Made by a program: the position numbers and the translations under genes. This document shows positions 27,679 through 37,571 of a DNA stretch of 64,000 bases, piece by piece. The notes beneath the pieces are model-generated. The model was not told where the DNA came from and made no database searches. It saw only the letters and a list, made by a program, of their open reading frames with translations. The stretch spans positions 1,768-65,767 of the forward strand of contig JAIXQF010000004.1 in the NCBI GenBank assembly GCA_027484085.1. Direction: 5' to 3'. This stretch comes from Actinomycetales bacterium (lineage in GTDB: Bacteria > Actinomycetota > Actinomycetes > S36-B12 > UBA5976). How positions within the stretch are numbered: position 1 is the stretch's first letter; each line of letters opens with the position of its first letter.

Positions 27679-28175
27679 GCGTGGGCAACTAACTCAAGAT
27701 CGTTTCGGAACCGAACGCCTGTGACTTCAACACTTTCAAGTAGTTGGGCAACTGAGGCTTTTCCGGGAATAACAAAGTCTGGATCTAGTAAAGACCAAGG
27801 TAGTAGTACGAAAGCTCGTTCGTGTGCCCGAGGATGCGGTAATTCCAATTCAGAGGTGGATCTAACTTCGTTATCCATCGCTAAAAGATCTATGTCCAGA
27901 GTTCTAGGTCCCCAGCGTTCATTGCGCTCACGATTTTGTTCAAGTTCTATCTGTTGGGTAACTGCCAGAAACTGCTCGGGGGACAAAATCGTCTTAACAA
28001 CTGCAACGGCATTCAAATACTGTCCTTGGTCTGGACCACCAACTGGATCCGTCTCAAAAACGGGTGAAACAGAATGCACCTGCGTTCCAGTAACGGCATT
28101 CAAAGAATCTAGTGCGTTCTGGAGATATTGAAATCTGTCACCCAGATTCGATCCCAGACTAATTGTGGCTTTCAT
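27675..28175 (-). CDS. folK: 2-amino-4-hydroxy-6-hydroxymethyldihydropteridine diphosphokinase
   Basis: 166 aa. SLGSNLGDR, WGPRTLDIDLL, LPHPRAHERAFVL. Confidence 0.92.
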   Translation of the reverse strand: MKATISLGSNLGDRFQYLQNALDSLNAVTGTQVHSVSPVFETDPVGGPDQGQYLNAVAVVKTILSPEQFLAVTQQIELEQNRERNERWGPRTLDIDLLAMDNEVRSTSELELPHPRAHERAFVLLPWSLLDPDFVIPGKASVAQLLESVEVTGVRFRNDLELVAHA

Positions 28176-28531
28176 TACGGCAGCGTCCGTGACACCGAAA
28201 CATTTTCAAACGGTACTTCAATTGGTGCGTTTGGTTTATGTACCGTGACCGTGGCTGATGTAACTCCAGCAATGTCTAAACATTCGCGAGCAATTAAGTC
28301 AGCTAGTTTCTCGATCAAATCAAATGGTTCACCGGTTATTGCTGCATGCGCAATGTTGGCTAGATCTGCATAATTTACAGTGTCACGCACATCATCTGAT
28401 TTAACTGCTGCTGAAAAATCCGTAGTGACTTCAATGTCTACTCGAAAGATTTGACCTTCACGCTTCTCTTGCTCAAAAACGCCGTGATAGCCGGTACCAG
28501 AAACACCTGTTAAAGAAATTTTGTCAGTCAT
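28175..28531 (-). CDS. folB: Dihydroneopterin aldolase
   Basis: 118 aa. GYHGVFEQEKREGQ and TVNYADL motifs. Located between folP and folK. Confidence 0.9.
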   Translation of the reverse strand: MTDKISLTGVSGTGYHGVFEQEKREGQIFRVDIEVTTDFSAAVKSDDVRDTVNYADLANIAHAAITGEPFDLIEKLADLIARECLDIAGVTSATVTVHKPNAPIEVPFENVSVSRTLP

Positions 28532-29379
28532 GATGTCTTTGCAATCCGATCTACTACAACTATTGCATCACTTGAAGACTTAACGTCGTGCACTCGAACT
28601 GCCCATAGACCTCGCGCTGCCATAAGTGTCGATATGGCTGTAGTTGCACTCTCGCGCTCGTCTGAATCTCGCGCGATACCGTCTTTGGCTAACAACTCAC
28701 CGAGAAACTTCTTGCGAGATGCTCCCATAAGGATTGGAAGCCCAAGGCCCTCAAGGACATCGAGATGCTTAAGAATTGGCCAGTTTTGATCAACTGTTTT
28801 TGCAAAACCAATTCCTGGATCGATTACAATCCGATCACGAGCGATTCCTGCGGCCACAGCAACTTCTACCTGCTGATTAATTTCTGATGCAACGTCTGCA
28901 ACGACATCTTGGTAATCAGTAAGAGTGTTCATGATGTTTGATGGACCTCGCCAATGCATCAAAATGTACGGTGTCTCTAGAGTTGCGACGAAGTCCAACA
29001 TTCCAGGATCCGCTTTTCCGCCACTAACATCATTGATCATGCAAGCACCAGCGGCGACTCCTGCGCGCGCAACTTCAACGCGCATGGTGTCAATGCTGAT
29101 AGCAACACCGGTGCCTGACAAAGCTGATATAACTGGCAAGACCCGATCTAGTTCTTCTTCGACTGAAATCCGATCAGAGCCAGGGCGAGTAGATTCACCA
29201 CCAATGTCAATGATGTCGGCGCCATCTTCGATCATTTGCAATGCGTGATTGGTTGCAATCACTTGATCATTAAATCGACCACCGTCGCTAAACGAGTCCG
29301 GCGTAACATTCAGCACACCCATAACCAGAGTGCGATCTATCTTGAGAAGATTTTCTGGCAAACCGCTTGGGTGCAACAT
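28528..29379 (-). CDS. folP: Dihydropteroate synthase
   Basis: 283 aa. GVLNVTPDSFSDGG, DIGGESTRPG, IDPGIGFAK. Confidence 0.93.
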   Translation of the reverse strand: MLHPSGLPENLLKIDRTLVMGVLNVTPDSFSDGGRFNDQVIATNHALQMIEDGADIIDIGGESTRPGSDRISVEEELDRVLPVISALSGTGVAISIDTMRVEVARAGVAAGACMINDVSGGKADPGMLDFVATLETPYILMHWRGPSNIMNTLTDYQDVVADVASEINQQVEVAVAAGIARDRIVIDPGIGFAKTVDQNWPILKHLDVLEGLGLPILMGASRKKFLGELLAKDGIARDSDERESATTAISTLMAARGLWAVRVHDVKSSSDAIVVVDRIAKTS

Positions 29380-29384
29380 GGAAA

Positions 29385-29996
29385 TTACTTTCCGTTAATT
29401 AGTGACATCGCTTCAACTCGAGTTGAAGGGTCACGAAGTTGGCCACGAACAACGGAAGTAAGTGTGGTCGAGCCAGGTTTGCGAATTCCACGCATCGACA
29501 TACATAAGTGCTCACATTCGATTACGACGATTACTCCCCGTGCACCCAAGATGTCTGTCATAGCATCTGCAATTTGAGTTGTTAGGCGTTCCTGAACTTG
29601 TGGTCGACGTGAATACATATCGACTAAGCGAGCGATCTTAGAAAGTCCGGTGATCTTTCCGTCTTCACCTGGGATGTATCCAACATGTCCTACGCCATGA
29701 AATGGCAATAAGTGATGTTCACAAGTGGAATAAATTGGAATGTCACGAACGACAACTAACTCGTCATGGCCAAGCGAGAATGTAGTTGTTAATACATCGC
29801 TTGCAGTTTGATGAAGGCCGCCAAATATCTCTGCAAATGACTTTGCTACTCGAGCGGGAGTTTGTGATAGCCCTTCACGGTCTGGGTTTTCTCCGATGCC
29901 AATTAGCAGTTCTCGGATTGCAGCTTCGACTTTTGCTGAATCGAATGGCCGCATAGCTGGCGGCTCACTCAATTGTTCAATTGGATCAATGCTCAC
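29385..29996 (-). CDS. folE: GTP cyclohydrolase I
   Basis: 203 aa. [13 protein letters not shown] and [10 protein letters not shown] motifs. Confidence 0.95.
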   Translation of the reverse strand: MSIDPIEQLSEPPAMRPFDSAKVEAAIRELLIGIGENPDREGLSQTPARVAKSFAEIFGGLHQTASDVLTTTFSLGHDELVVVRDIPIYSTCEHHLLPFHGVGHVGYIPGEDGKITGLSKIARLVDMYSRRPQVQERLTTQIADAMTDILGARGVIVVIECEHLCMSMRGIRKPGSTTLTSVVRGQLRDPSTRVEAMSLINGK

Positions 29997-31981
29997 GCGT
30001 CAGCCTGCGGTGTTTCGGTCGCCTCGGCATCAGACTTAGGCGAATCTGTCGTTGGCTTTGGTCCAAATGCATTGGTTAAAGCGAGTGGTGGAACGTCAAC
30101 TGGAGGTCGATCGCTCGGGCTTCTACGGGCTGACCCGGTCCAAGCCGGACGACCTGGACGACGCTTTAGCGGTTCGAAGATTCGGGCAATTTCTTCCCGG
30201 TTGAGAGTTTCCTTCTCAAGTAGTTCAACAACAAGTGCATCTAATACATCACGGTTTTCTGCAAGAATTTCATAGGCTTCGTGATGAGCTACGTCAATAA
30301 AGGCGCGAACTTCTTCGTCAATTGCGGATGCAACCTCTTCAGAATATTCACGACCATGACCCATGTCGCGTCCCATGAAGACTTCGCCAGATTCAGTACC
30401 GTACTTGATTGCACCCAAACGTTCCGTCATGCCGAACTGCATAACCATCTTGCGAGCTACCGAAGTTGCCTTTTCGATGTCGTTGCTTGCGCCCGTAGTT
30501 GGATCGTGGAAAACCATTTCTTCAGCAGCACGACCACCAAGCATGTAAGCAAGTTGGTCTTGCATTTCACTTCTGGTTGTTGAGTACTTGTCGTTTTCTG
30601 GCAAAACCATGGTGTAACCAAGTGCGCGACCACGAGGAAGAATTGTCACTTTGTGAACTGGATCAGTATTTGGCAGGGCTGCAGCAACCAATGCGTGACC
30701 ACCTTCGTGATACGCGGTAATCAATCGTTCATGTTCGCCCATAACGCGAGTTCGCTTTTGCGGACCACCGATTACGCGGTCAATAGCTTCGTCAAGGGTT
30801 GCGTTTGTGATGAGTTTTTGATCGGTACGAGCAGTAAGTAGTGCAGCTTCATTCAAGACGTTTGCAAGGTCTGCGCCGGAGAAGCCTGGAGTGCGTCGTG
30901 CAACAGCCATCAGATCTACATCTTCTGCGATTGGCTTACCTTTAGCATGCACTGCCAATACATCTCGGCGACCAACTAAGTCTGGAACGTCAACAGAAAT
31001 CTGACGATCAAAACGACCAGGACGAAGTAACGCTGGATCCAAAATACGTGGACGGTTAGTTGCAGCAATCAGAATCACTCCGGTGTTGCCATCGAAGCCA
31101 TCCATTTCAACAAGCATCTGATTAAGAGTTTGTTCACGTTCATCATGTCCGCCACCCATACCGGCACCACGATGACGCCCTACTGCATCGATTTCATCGA
31201 TGAAGATAATGGCTGGGGCATTTGCCTTTGCTTGTTCAAAAAGATCACGAACGCGGCTGGCACCAACACCAACAAACATTTCTACAAAGTCAGAACCTGA
31301 GATTGAGAAGAACGGTGCACCTGCTTCGCCAGCAACTGCGCGAGCAAGAAGTGTCTTTCCAGTTCCTGGTGCTCCGTAAAGCAGAACGCCCTTTGGAATC
31401 TTCGCGCCAAGAGCTTGGAACTTTGCTGGCTCTTGTAAGAACTCTTTGATTTCCTCTAGTTCTTGTACGGCTTCATCTGCACCAGCCACATCAGCAAAAG
31501 TTGTTTGTGGCATATCTTTGGTGATCATCTTGGCTTTTGATTTACCAAACTGCATGACTTTGCCGCCGCCTTGCATCTGGCCCATGAAGTAAAACAGCAA
31601 GCCAAGAATCAAAATGATTGGCAGAACTGATGCCAGCAAGCTAACAATGAACGATTGCTTTGGAACGACAATGTTGTATCCGTCTGGCAGATTTCCTTTA
31701 GTCTTTTCAGACTTAAGTAGGTCTACTAGGTCAGTTCCTTGGCCGGCTATGTAATTGGCCGTGAGTTTCGTGTCATCGGTCAAGGTCACATTAATCAGTT
31801 GATCTTTGTCGACCAAAGTTACTGACTTCGCTCTACCTTGTTGAATATCGTCAACGATCTTCCAAGTGTCTACTTTTTCTGTGGATGAGTTTCCGGTGAT
31901 CGTGCTACTGCCGATCAACAGCGCCATTACGGCAAGGATTATCCAAGTTAGTGGGGATCGAAAAAGTGACTTTATCTTCAT
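29993..31981 (-). CDS. ftsH: ATP-dependent zinc metalloprotease FtsH
   Basis: 662 aa. 2 TM helices, Walker [12 protein letters not shown], Walker [19 protein letters not shown] zinc motif, Pro/Arg-rich C-terminal tail. Confidence 0.97.
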   Translation of the reverse strand: MKIKSLFRSPLTWIILAVMALLIGSSTITGNSSTEKVDTWKIVDDIQQGRAKSVTLVDKDQLINVTLTDDTKLTANYIAGQGTDLVDLLKSEKTKGNLPDGYNIVVPKQSFIVSLLASVLPIILILGLLFYFMGQMQGGGKVMQFGKSKAKMITKDMPQTTFADVAGADEAVQELEEIKEFLQEPAKFQALGAKIPKGVLLYGAPGTGKTLLARAVAGEAGAPFFSISGSDFVEMFVGVGASRVRDLFEQAKANAPAIIFIDEIDAVGRHRGAGMGGGHDEREQTLNQMLVEMDGFDGNTGVILIAATNRPRILDPALLRPGRFDRQISVDVPDLVGRRDVLAVHAKGKPIAEDVDLMAVARRTPGFSGADLANVLNEAALLTARTDQKLITNATLDEAIDRVIGGPQKRTRVMGEHERLITAYHEGGHALVAAALPNTDPVHKVTILPRGRALGYTMVLPENDKYSTTRSEMQDQLAYMLGGRAAEEMVFHDPTTGASNDIEKATSVARKMVMQFGMTERLGAIKYGTESGEVFMGRDMGHGREYSEEVASAIDEEVRAFIDVAHHEAYEILAENRDVLDALVVELLEKETLNREEIARIFEPLKRRPGRPAWTGSARRSPSDRPPVDVPPLALTNAFGPKPTTDSPKSDAEATETPQADA

Positions 31982-32154
31982 GCTCTGGAAACCAACGCCC
32001 TTAAAATTCGCGTATTTAATTGAATCTTTACGGTACTACCCAATGGCCCTGACCGCTAAACTCAGAGGCCATTATGTGAACACTGTTCGCTGTTGGCGAC
32101 ATTCCAATTTGACCAAATACCCATACTTAGCAGGGTTTTGCCTATTGTTTAACT

Positions 32155-32454
32155 GTGATCTTTAAGTCGGTGCTAAATGAGCGACCATATCCGGAACTGA
32201 CAACTGCCAGTGAGGAATGGGCAGCTTTGGCGCCACGCCAAATCAAGTTGGCTGACTTGTCTACGATTCGTAGCACTTTGGACCTAAATGCCCTTCTTGC
32301 GAGTGACTCCACATTCTTTGGCGATCTCTTTGCACACGTGGTGCGCTGGAATGGCCAACTCTATTTAGAGGACGGGTTGCACCGCGCTGTAAGAGCTGCA
32401 CTTCAAGGTCGCACATCATTACATGCCCGCGTAATTGATCACCCTGGCGCTTAA
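32155..32454 (+). CDS. Small ParB/Srx-fold-like protein (hypothetical)
   Basis: 99 aa, GTG start. LEDGLHRAVRAAL resembles the DGxHR motif of ParB N-terminal/sulfiredoxin-fold domains. Its stop overlaps the convergent ABC ATPase stop. Confidence 0.4.
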   Translation: MIFKSVLNERPYPELTTASEEWAALAPRQIKLADLSTIRSTLDLNALLASDSTFFGDLFAHVVRWNGQLYLEDGLHRAVRAALQGRTSLHARVIDHPGA

Positions 32455-33194
32455 AGTCGTCCCGCTTCGTGCACTCGACGTAGGAAATCTTTAGTCTCAT
32501 CTTGTTGCGGCGCTGAGATAACTTGCGAGGCTGGTCCGCGTTCGATGATGTTGCCATCCTTTAGGAAACAAACTTCATCTGCGACTTGAGTTGCAAATCC
32601 CATTTCGTGAGTTGCTAAGACCATTGCCATACCATCAGCCTTGAGATCGCGAACGATTGATAAAACTTCATTTACCAAAACTGGATCAAGCGCTGAAGTG
32701 ACTTCATCGAGTAACAGGAGGCGGGGTTTGACGGCAATTGATCGGATGATTGCAACGCGCTGTTGTTGACCACCACTTAATCGATCTGGATATTGATCTG
32801 CTTTGTCTGCTAGATCAAAACGTCGAAGTAATGTCATGGCCTGATCACGGGCTTGCGCCTTCGAAATTTTATGCACGCGGATTGGCGACAACGTGATGTT
32901 TTCTAAAACACTCATGTGTGGAAACAGATTAAATGACTGGAACACCATTCCCAGATTTCTCCTGACTTCATCAACATTGATTTCTGGATCTGAGATTTCT
33001 TTGCCATCTAAATAGATTGAGCCATCGTCAATCGTGTCCAGTAGATTGATGCATCGCAAAAGAGTTGATTTGCCCGAACCAGATGCCCCGATAAGAACTG
33101 TGGCAGTGTGATCAGGAACAGTAAGTGACAGGTCATTCAAAACCAAATTGTCTTCAAAGGTTTTGCGTAAGTTCTTAACTTCTAACACGTTCAT
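32451..33194 (-). CDS. Polar amino-acid ABC transporter, ATP-binding protein
   Basis: 247 aa. Walker A GASGSGKST, signature LSGGQQQRV, Walker B LLLLDE. Confidence 0.93.
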   Translation of the reverse strand: MNVLEVKNLRKTFEDNLVLNDLSLTVPDHTATVLIGASGSGKSTLLRCINLLDTIDDGSIYLDGKEISDPEINVDEVRRNLGMVFQSFNLFPHMSVLENITLSPIRVHKISKAQARDQAMTLLRRFDLADKADQYPDRLSGGQQQRVAIIRSIAVKPRLLLLDEVTSALDPVLVNEVLSIVRDLKADGMAMVLATHEMGFATQVADEVCFLKDGNIIERGPASQVISAPQQDETKDFLRRVHEAGRL

Positions 33195-34081
33195 GCTGCG
33201 CCCTGCGCATTCTGACGGTCAATCGATTTAGCTAACACTCGATCGGTGTATCGAGTCAAAGGAATCGTAATTAGCAGGAACAAAATGGCGGCAGTTACAT
33301 ATGGTGTGTAGTTGAAAGTGCGCGAACTTGCAATCTGCGCGGCACGCACCGCATCAGTAACACCAAGAATTGAAACTAAGCCAGTGTCTTTTAGCAGCGC
33401 TACTAGATCATTAAGCAGTGGTGGGACTACGCGCTTTAGGGCTTGTGGCAGAACTACGTGTCGCATAGTTTGTGGCCCACTGAGCCCAAGCGACCGAGCG
33501 GCGGCGCGCTGACTTGGGTGAATTGAAAGAATTCCGCTTCGAATAACTTCAGCAACATAAGCGGAATATGTAAGGACAACTGCTGTGGTGCCGAGAATCA
33601 AAACGCTATTGGTTAAGCCTTCGATGCGCAGCGCTGGAACACCAAATCCAATTAGCAGGATGACCAAAAGCAATGGCACGCCACGGAAAATGTCGACATA
33701 AGCGGTTGCCATAAATCTAAATGGTGTCAATGCTGCAGAACGAGATGTGCGAAGCAATGCCAGAACCATGGCAAAGATGCCAATCAATATCGCCGCAATG
33801 ATCGTTAGTCGAATGTTTACGACTAACCCTTTAGCAACAACTCCGAGTACATCGCTGCCATATGAAACATCGAAGAAGGTTTCTTTAACAGATTTCCAAC
33901 CAGGTGAAGTAATGACTAAGCGAACAAGTGACCCGATAACAAGAACTGATGAAACTGTTGCGATAAGTGCCTTCTTGCGACTAATCGCTTTGCGTGATGC
34001 TTGGCGCTCAAGTTCTCGCTCACTTGGCACCCACGACAAAGCCCGACCCGAGTTGTCTCGGGCCGGGCTGTCGTTACTCAT
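33191..34081 (-). CDS. Polar amino-acid ABC transporter, permease (HisM/GlnP type)
   Basis: 296 aa. EAA-loop-like AARSLGLSGPQTMRHVVLPQAL, 5-6 TM helices. Confidence 0.9.
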   Translation of the reverse strand: MSNDSPARDNSGRALSWVPSERELERQASRKAISRKKALIATVSSVLVIGSLVRLVITSPGWKSVKETFFDVSYGSDVLGVVAKGLVVNIRLTIIAAILIGIFAMVLALLRTSRSAALTPFRFMATAYVDIFRGVPLLLVILLIGFGVPALRIEGLTNSVLILGTTAVVLTYSAYVAEVIRSGILSIHPSQRAAARSLGLSGPQTMRHVVLPQALKRVVPPLLNDLVALLKDTGLVSILGVTDAVRAAQIASSRTFNYTPYVTAAILFLLITIPLTRYTDRVLAKSIDRQNAQGAA

Positions 34082-34099
34082 GATTTAACTAAACCAGAA

Positions 34100-34969
34100 C
34101 TATTTAAGAACTGGTGCTCCAGCTTCAGTTGAAAGCCACTTTGCAGTGATTTCATCTAGTTCGCCACTGGAGCGGATAGCGTCAACAGCCTGTGAAACAC
34201 AGGATGTGATTGGGCTGTCCTTAGCTAGCAACAAACCGAAGTTGTCGCCGTCGCCTGTTGATGGAAGCTGACCTACGATGATGCCACCTTCTACTTCAAC
34301 GCCTGATAGGTAGAACGCTGTTGGAAGGTCTACGACGATACCGTCGATCTGACCATTCTTAAGCGCAGCTACTGCAGCAGCGTTGTCATTGAATGCCTGT
34401 GGCTCTGAACCAAATACGGTTGAGATTGCATCTAGTGATGTTGTTCCAACACCAGCGCCAAGCTTTGCACCCTTTAGTTCTTCGATGGTTGTCTTACCTT
34501 CGATTGGGCTACCTGCGTAAGAAACGATTGCCTGTGGTGCTGAGTAGTAAGGGCTTGAGAAATCCACAGCTGCCTTGCGTTCTTCAGTAATTGAGAACTG
34601 CTGCAAGTTGAAGTCGAATTCCTTTGCACCTGGAGTGATTGCGCCATCAAATGTGGTGCGTACCCAAGATACGTCTTCAGCTGCGAAGCCAAGTTCAGTA
34701 GCAACTGCGTAGGCAACTGCTGCTTCAAAGCCTGCGCCTGATTCAGGGGCATCATCGATAACCCATGGGTAGTAAGCAGGTTCACCTGTCGCGATAACAA
34801 GCTTGCCGGTAGTTAGTGTCTGCAAAGTTTCTGCAGAGCACTCGGTAGCTGCTGGTGCTGTTGGTGATGCTGATTCTGCGGTTTCAGATGACGATGAGCA
34901 TGCGGATAGAAGCAGCGCTGATGCTGCAGCTAGGGCAATGCCAAATCGACGTGTTGATGCGTTTTTCAC
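34100..34969 (-). CDS. Polar amino-acid ABC transporter, substrate-binding lipoprotein (family 3 SBP)
   Basis: 289 aa. GTG start behind AAGGAG. Lipobox LLSAC. Family-3 SBP pattern (FDFNLQQFSITEERK, DGIVVDLP). Confidence 0.88.
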   Translation of the reverse strand: MKNASTRRFGIALAAASALLLSACSSSSETAESASPTAPAATECSAETLQTLTTGKLVIATGEPAYYPWVIDDAPESGAGFEAAVAYAVATELGFAAEDVSWVRTTFDGAITPGAKEFDFNLQQFSITEERKAAVDFSSPYYSAPQAIVSYAGSPIEGKTTIEELKGAKLGAGVGTTSLDAISTVFGSEPQAFNDNAAAVAALKNGQIDGIVVDLPTAFYLSGVEVEGGIIVGQLPSTGDGDNFGLLLAKDSPITSCVSQAVDAIRSSGELDEITAKWLSTEAGAPVLK

Positions 34970-35035
34970 GCTTGTCTCCTTGATATTTCAGGTGGCATGG
35001 GTCAACGGTTGTTCACCCATGTTGGGCCCTGTTAT

Positions 35036-35146
35036 GGACCCGCGCTTGCCACTTGCGTGGCCAGGTCCTCATCCGGAGGCACCCCATCGCGGTCTGCAAG
35101 GGTTGTCGGATAGCTAGCCGGGACTTATCGCTATCACTCTTGACCT
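35036..35146 (-). promoter_or_regulatory. SAM-IV-type S-adenosylmethionine riboswitch aptamer
   Basis: The reverse strand AGGUCAAGAGUGAUAGCGAUAAGUCCCGGCUAGCUAUCCGACAACCCUUGCAGACCGCGAUGGGGUGCCUCCGGAUGAGGACCUGGCCACGCAAGUGGCAAGCGCGGGUCC folds as follows. P1 is GGUC/GACC and P2 is GAUAGC/GCUAUC with a CCGG loop. The CGACAACCC...GGGGUGCC core follows, then a GCCAC-GCAA-GUGGC hairpin. The 3' tail CGCGGGUC is complementary to the P3 loop GACCGCG, which is the SAM-IV pseudoknot layout as I recall it. Confidence 0.7.
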
Positions 35147-35210
35147 GTTTAAACCATAGCAACGATTCACTGTTGTGAAAAGTCGAGAGCAATGGTGAAA
35201 CAATGAACCC

Positions 35211-35669
35211 ATGCCAACACTTGTATTTAATGATGTGATGAAGCAAGCACTTGAACTTGCTGCGAAAGCTTCGCAACAAGGAGATGTTCCTGTTGGCGCA
35301 ATTGTTTTGAATTCGCAAGGTGAGATTGTTGGCCAAGGATTCAACACTCGGGAAATTGATAATGATCCGATGAATCATGCTGAAGTTGTAGCGCTTCGCG
35401 AAGCAGCAAGCGCGTTTGGTTCTTGGCGCTTAGATGATCACACTTTGGTTGTTACGTTAGAGCCGTGCACGATGTGTGCCGGAGCTGCAGTTCAAGCTCG
35501 AATCGGTCGAATAGTTTTCGGAGCCTTCGATGAAAAGGCTGGCGCAGTTGGATCGCTCTGGGATGTGGTGCGCGATCGTAGATTGCCACATCGACCAGAG
35601 GTGATTTCAGGCGTTTTAGCTGACGAGTGTGGTGCGATCTTGAGTGAGTTTTTTAAAAGTCACCGATAA
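35211..35669 (+). CDS. tadA: tRNA-specific adenosine(34) deaminase
   Basis: 152 aa. HAEVVALREA and PCTMCAGA zinc motifs. Adjacent tRNA-Ser, as is usual in Actinobacteria. Confidence 0.92.
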   Translation: MPTLVFNDVMKQALELAAKASQQGDVPVGAIVLNSQGEIVGQGFNTREIDNDPMNHAEVVALREAASAFGSWRLDDHTLVVTLEPCTMCAGAAVQARIGRIVFGAFDEKAGAVGSLWDVVRDRRLPHRPEVISGVLADECGAILSEFFKSHR

Positions 35670-35714
35670 CTGAACGATTTCTGTTGCGTCAAATAACCAA
35701 GTAATCTTGGTCTC

Positions 35715-35804
35715 GGTATCGTGTCCGAGCGGCCGAAGGTGCAACTCTCGAAAAGTTGTGTGCGTGCAAGCGCACCGTGGGTTCAAATCCCACCGATACC
35801 GCCA
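35715..35804 (+). tRNA. tRNA-Ser (anticodon CGA), CCA encoded
   Basis: GGTATCG...CGATACC acceptor, anticodon stem CAACT/AGTTG with loop CTCGAAA, long variable arm, GGTTCAAATCC T-loop, GCCA 3' end. Confidence 0.92.
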
Positions 35805-35840
35805 CACAAAATCTGCCTAGGTTTGGGCAGATTTTTGTGT
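35805..35840. terminator. Bidirectional hairpin terminator between tRNA-Ser(CGA) and pntB
   Basis: acaaaatctgcc-taggtttg-ggcagatttttgt: a 12-bp stem flanked by A/T runs on both strands. Overlaps the pntB stop codon. Confidence 0.55.
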
Positions 35841-37270
35841 TACAGGGTTTTCAGCGAATTAACTACCTTGGTCAAGGAATCCTTGGCATCACCGAATAGC
35901 AAAGAAGTCTTTGGATCAAAGAGCACTTCGTTTTCAATACCTGCGAAGCCTGGACGCATCGAGCGCTTTAGGAATACAACCTGCTGAGCCTGATCGACGT
36001 TCAAGATTGGCATGCCATAGATCGGCGCAGTCTTGTCATCACGAGCAGCTGGGTTCACTACGTCATTTGCGCCAACAACTAACGCAACATCTGTAGCTGG
36101 GAACTCTGGATTGATTTCATCCATTTCCTTTAGCTGCTCGTAAGGAACATTCGCCTCAGCAAGTAACACGTTCATGTGACCTGGCATACGACCAGCTACT
36201 GGGTGAATTGCGTAGTCAACTTCAATTCCCTTGGCAACTAGTAACTCAACGAGTTCACGAATTGTATTTTGTGCTTGTGCAACGGCTAAGCCATAGCCCG
36301 GAACGATGATTACTTTACGGGCGTAACCCAACATGATTGCAACATCTTCTGGAGACGCCGACTTAACTGGACGATCTTCAGCTGATGCAGTTGAGGCTGA
36401 AGCCTTTGCGGTGAATGCACCGAACAAAGTATTTGTTAGTGGTCGACCCATTGCTTTTGCCATCATACGAGTCAGCAAAGTACCAGACGCTCCAACAAGT
36501 GTTCCGGCGACAATTAGAAGGACGTTTCCTAATACGTAACCTGATGCTGCAACTGACAATCCAGTGAAAGCGTTAAGCAGTGAAATCACAATTGGAACGT
36601 CAGCGCCGCCAACTGGAAGCACGAGCAAGATACCGAGCACTAAGGAAAGACCAAGTAGTAACCAAAGCAATGAATTAACTGGGTTAATGATTAGTAGCAC
36701 TGCGGTTGCAATTGTTCCGACAGCAACACCGATAGTTATGAATCTGCCAAGTGGAATTACAACTGGGCGTGAAGTCATTAACTCTTGAAGCTTCGCGTAG
36801 GTCAACAATGAGCCAGTGAACGAAACAGATCCAACAACAACAGTGAAAATTGTTGCCGTCAGAATTGGAATACTTTCGGAGTGAACCGATAAGAATTCAA
36901 TTACTGAAATAACGGCAGCAGCTCCACCACCAACACCATTGAATAGTGCAACCATCTGTGGCATCTGAGTCATTTGAACTCGACGAGCAGCTACCCAACC
37001 AATAATCGATCCAATAGCGATGGCAACCAAGATTTGTGGCAAGTGCTTAACTGGCCCACCGTAATACTGTTGGCCATAGAAAAACACGACTGCTGTTGCA
37101 GTTGCGGCACCAGCTGCACCAAGAAGGTTTCCACGACGTGCGGTCTTTGGAGAAGACAAACCCTTAAGAGCAAGGATGAATAGAACTGCGGCAAGCAGTT
37201 CAGCAACCCGAACCCAGGTAGGTGTAATTACAGCGGTTTGCTCAGCTAAGCGAGTCAAAGTAGGTGTCAT
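35840..37270 (-). CDS. pntB: NAD(P) transhydrogenase subunit beta
   Basis: 476 aa. Polytopic N-terminal part and dIII NADP(H) domain (PGYGLAVAQAQ, AIHPVAGRMPGHMNVLLAEA). Confidence 0.95.
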   Translation of the reverse strand: MTPTLTRLAEQTAVITPTWVRVAELLAAVLFILALKGLSSPKTARRGNLLGAAGAATATAVVFFYGQQYYGGPVKHLPQILVAIAIGSIIGWVAARRVQMTQMPQMVALFNGVGGGAAAVISVIEFLSVHSESIPILTATIFTVVVGSVSFTGSLLTYAKLQELMTSRPVVIPLGRFITIGVAVGTIATAVLLIINPVNSLLWLLLGLSLVLGILLVLPVGGADVPIVISLLNAFTGLSVAASGYVLGNVLLIVAGTLVGASGTLLTRMMAKAMGRPLTNTLFGAFTAKASASTASAEDRPVKSASPEDVAIMLGYARKVIIVPGYGLAVAQAQNTIRELVELLVAKGIEVDYAIHPVAGRMPGHMNVLLAEANVPYEQLKEMDEINPEFPATDVALVVGANDVVNPAARDDKTAPIYGMPILNVDQAQQVVFLKRSMRPGFAGIENEVLFDPKTSLLFGDAKDSLTKVVNSLKTL

Positions 37271-37569
37271 TTCGCTACCTCTTCCTTCTCAGCCTTCTTG
37301 GGTTTAAACATTTCCAACATTCGGTCGGTCACGACAAAGCCGCCAACCATGTTGATTGTGGCAAGCACAATTGCTACTAAGCCAAGGTAAAGCTGGACAT
37401 TATCTGTCGCTTTTCCGGTAACCAGGATTGCGCCAACCAAAACAACGCCGTGGATCGCGTTAGCGCCTGACATCAAAGGGGTATGAAGGATTGCTGAGAC
37501 TTTCGAAACAACTTCAATACCAACGAAAATGCTAAGTATGAAAATAGTTAAAAGTGCAATTGCATCCAT
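37267..37569 (-). CDS. pntA: NAD(P) transhydrogenase subunit alpha, part 2 (membrane)
   Basis: 100 aa, 3 TM helices. HTPLMSGANAIHG motif. Overlaps pntB by 4 nt. Confidence 0.9.
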   Translation of the reverse strand: MDAIALLTIFILSIFVGIEVVSKVSAILHTPLMSGANAIHGVVLVGAILVTGKATDNVQLYLGLVAIVLATINMVGGFVVTDRMLEMFKPKKAEKEEVAK

Positions 37570-37571
37570 GA

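Noticed and set aside
34803-35378. Three overlapping ORFs (34803..35117 +, 35013..35378 -, 35114..35347 -) covering the SBP-tadA intergenic region.
   Set aside because: The region is better explained by the SAM-IV-type riboswitch and divergent promoters. The ORFs overlap flanking genes and have no coding features.
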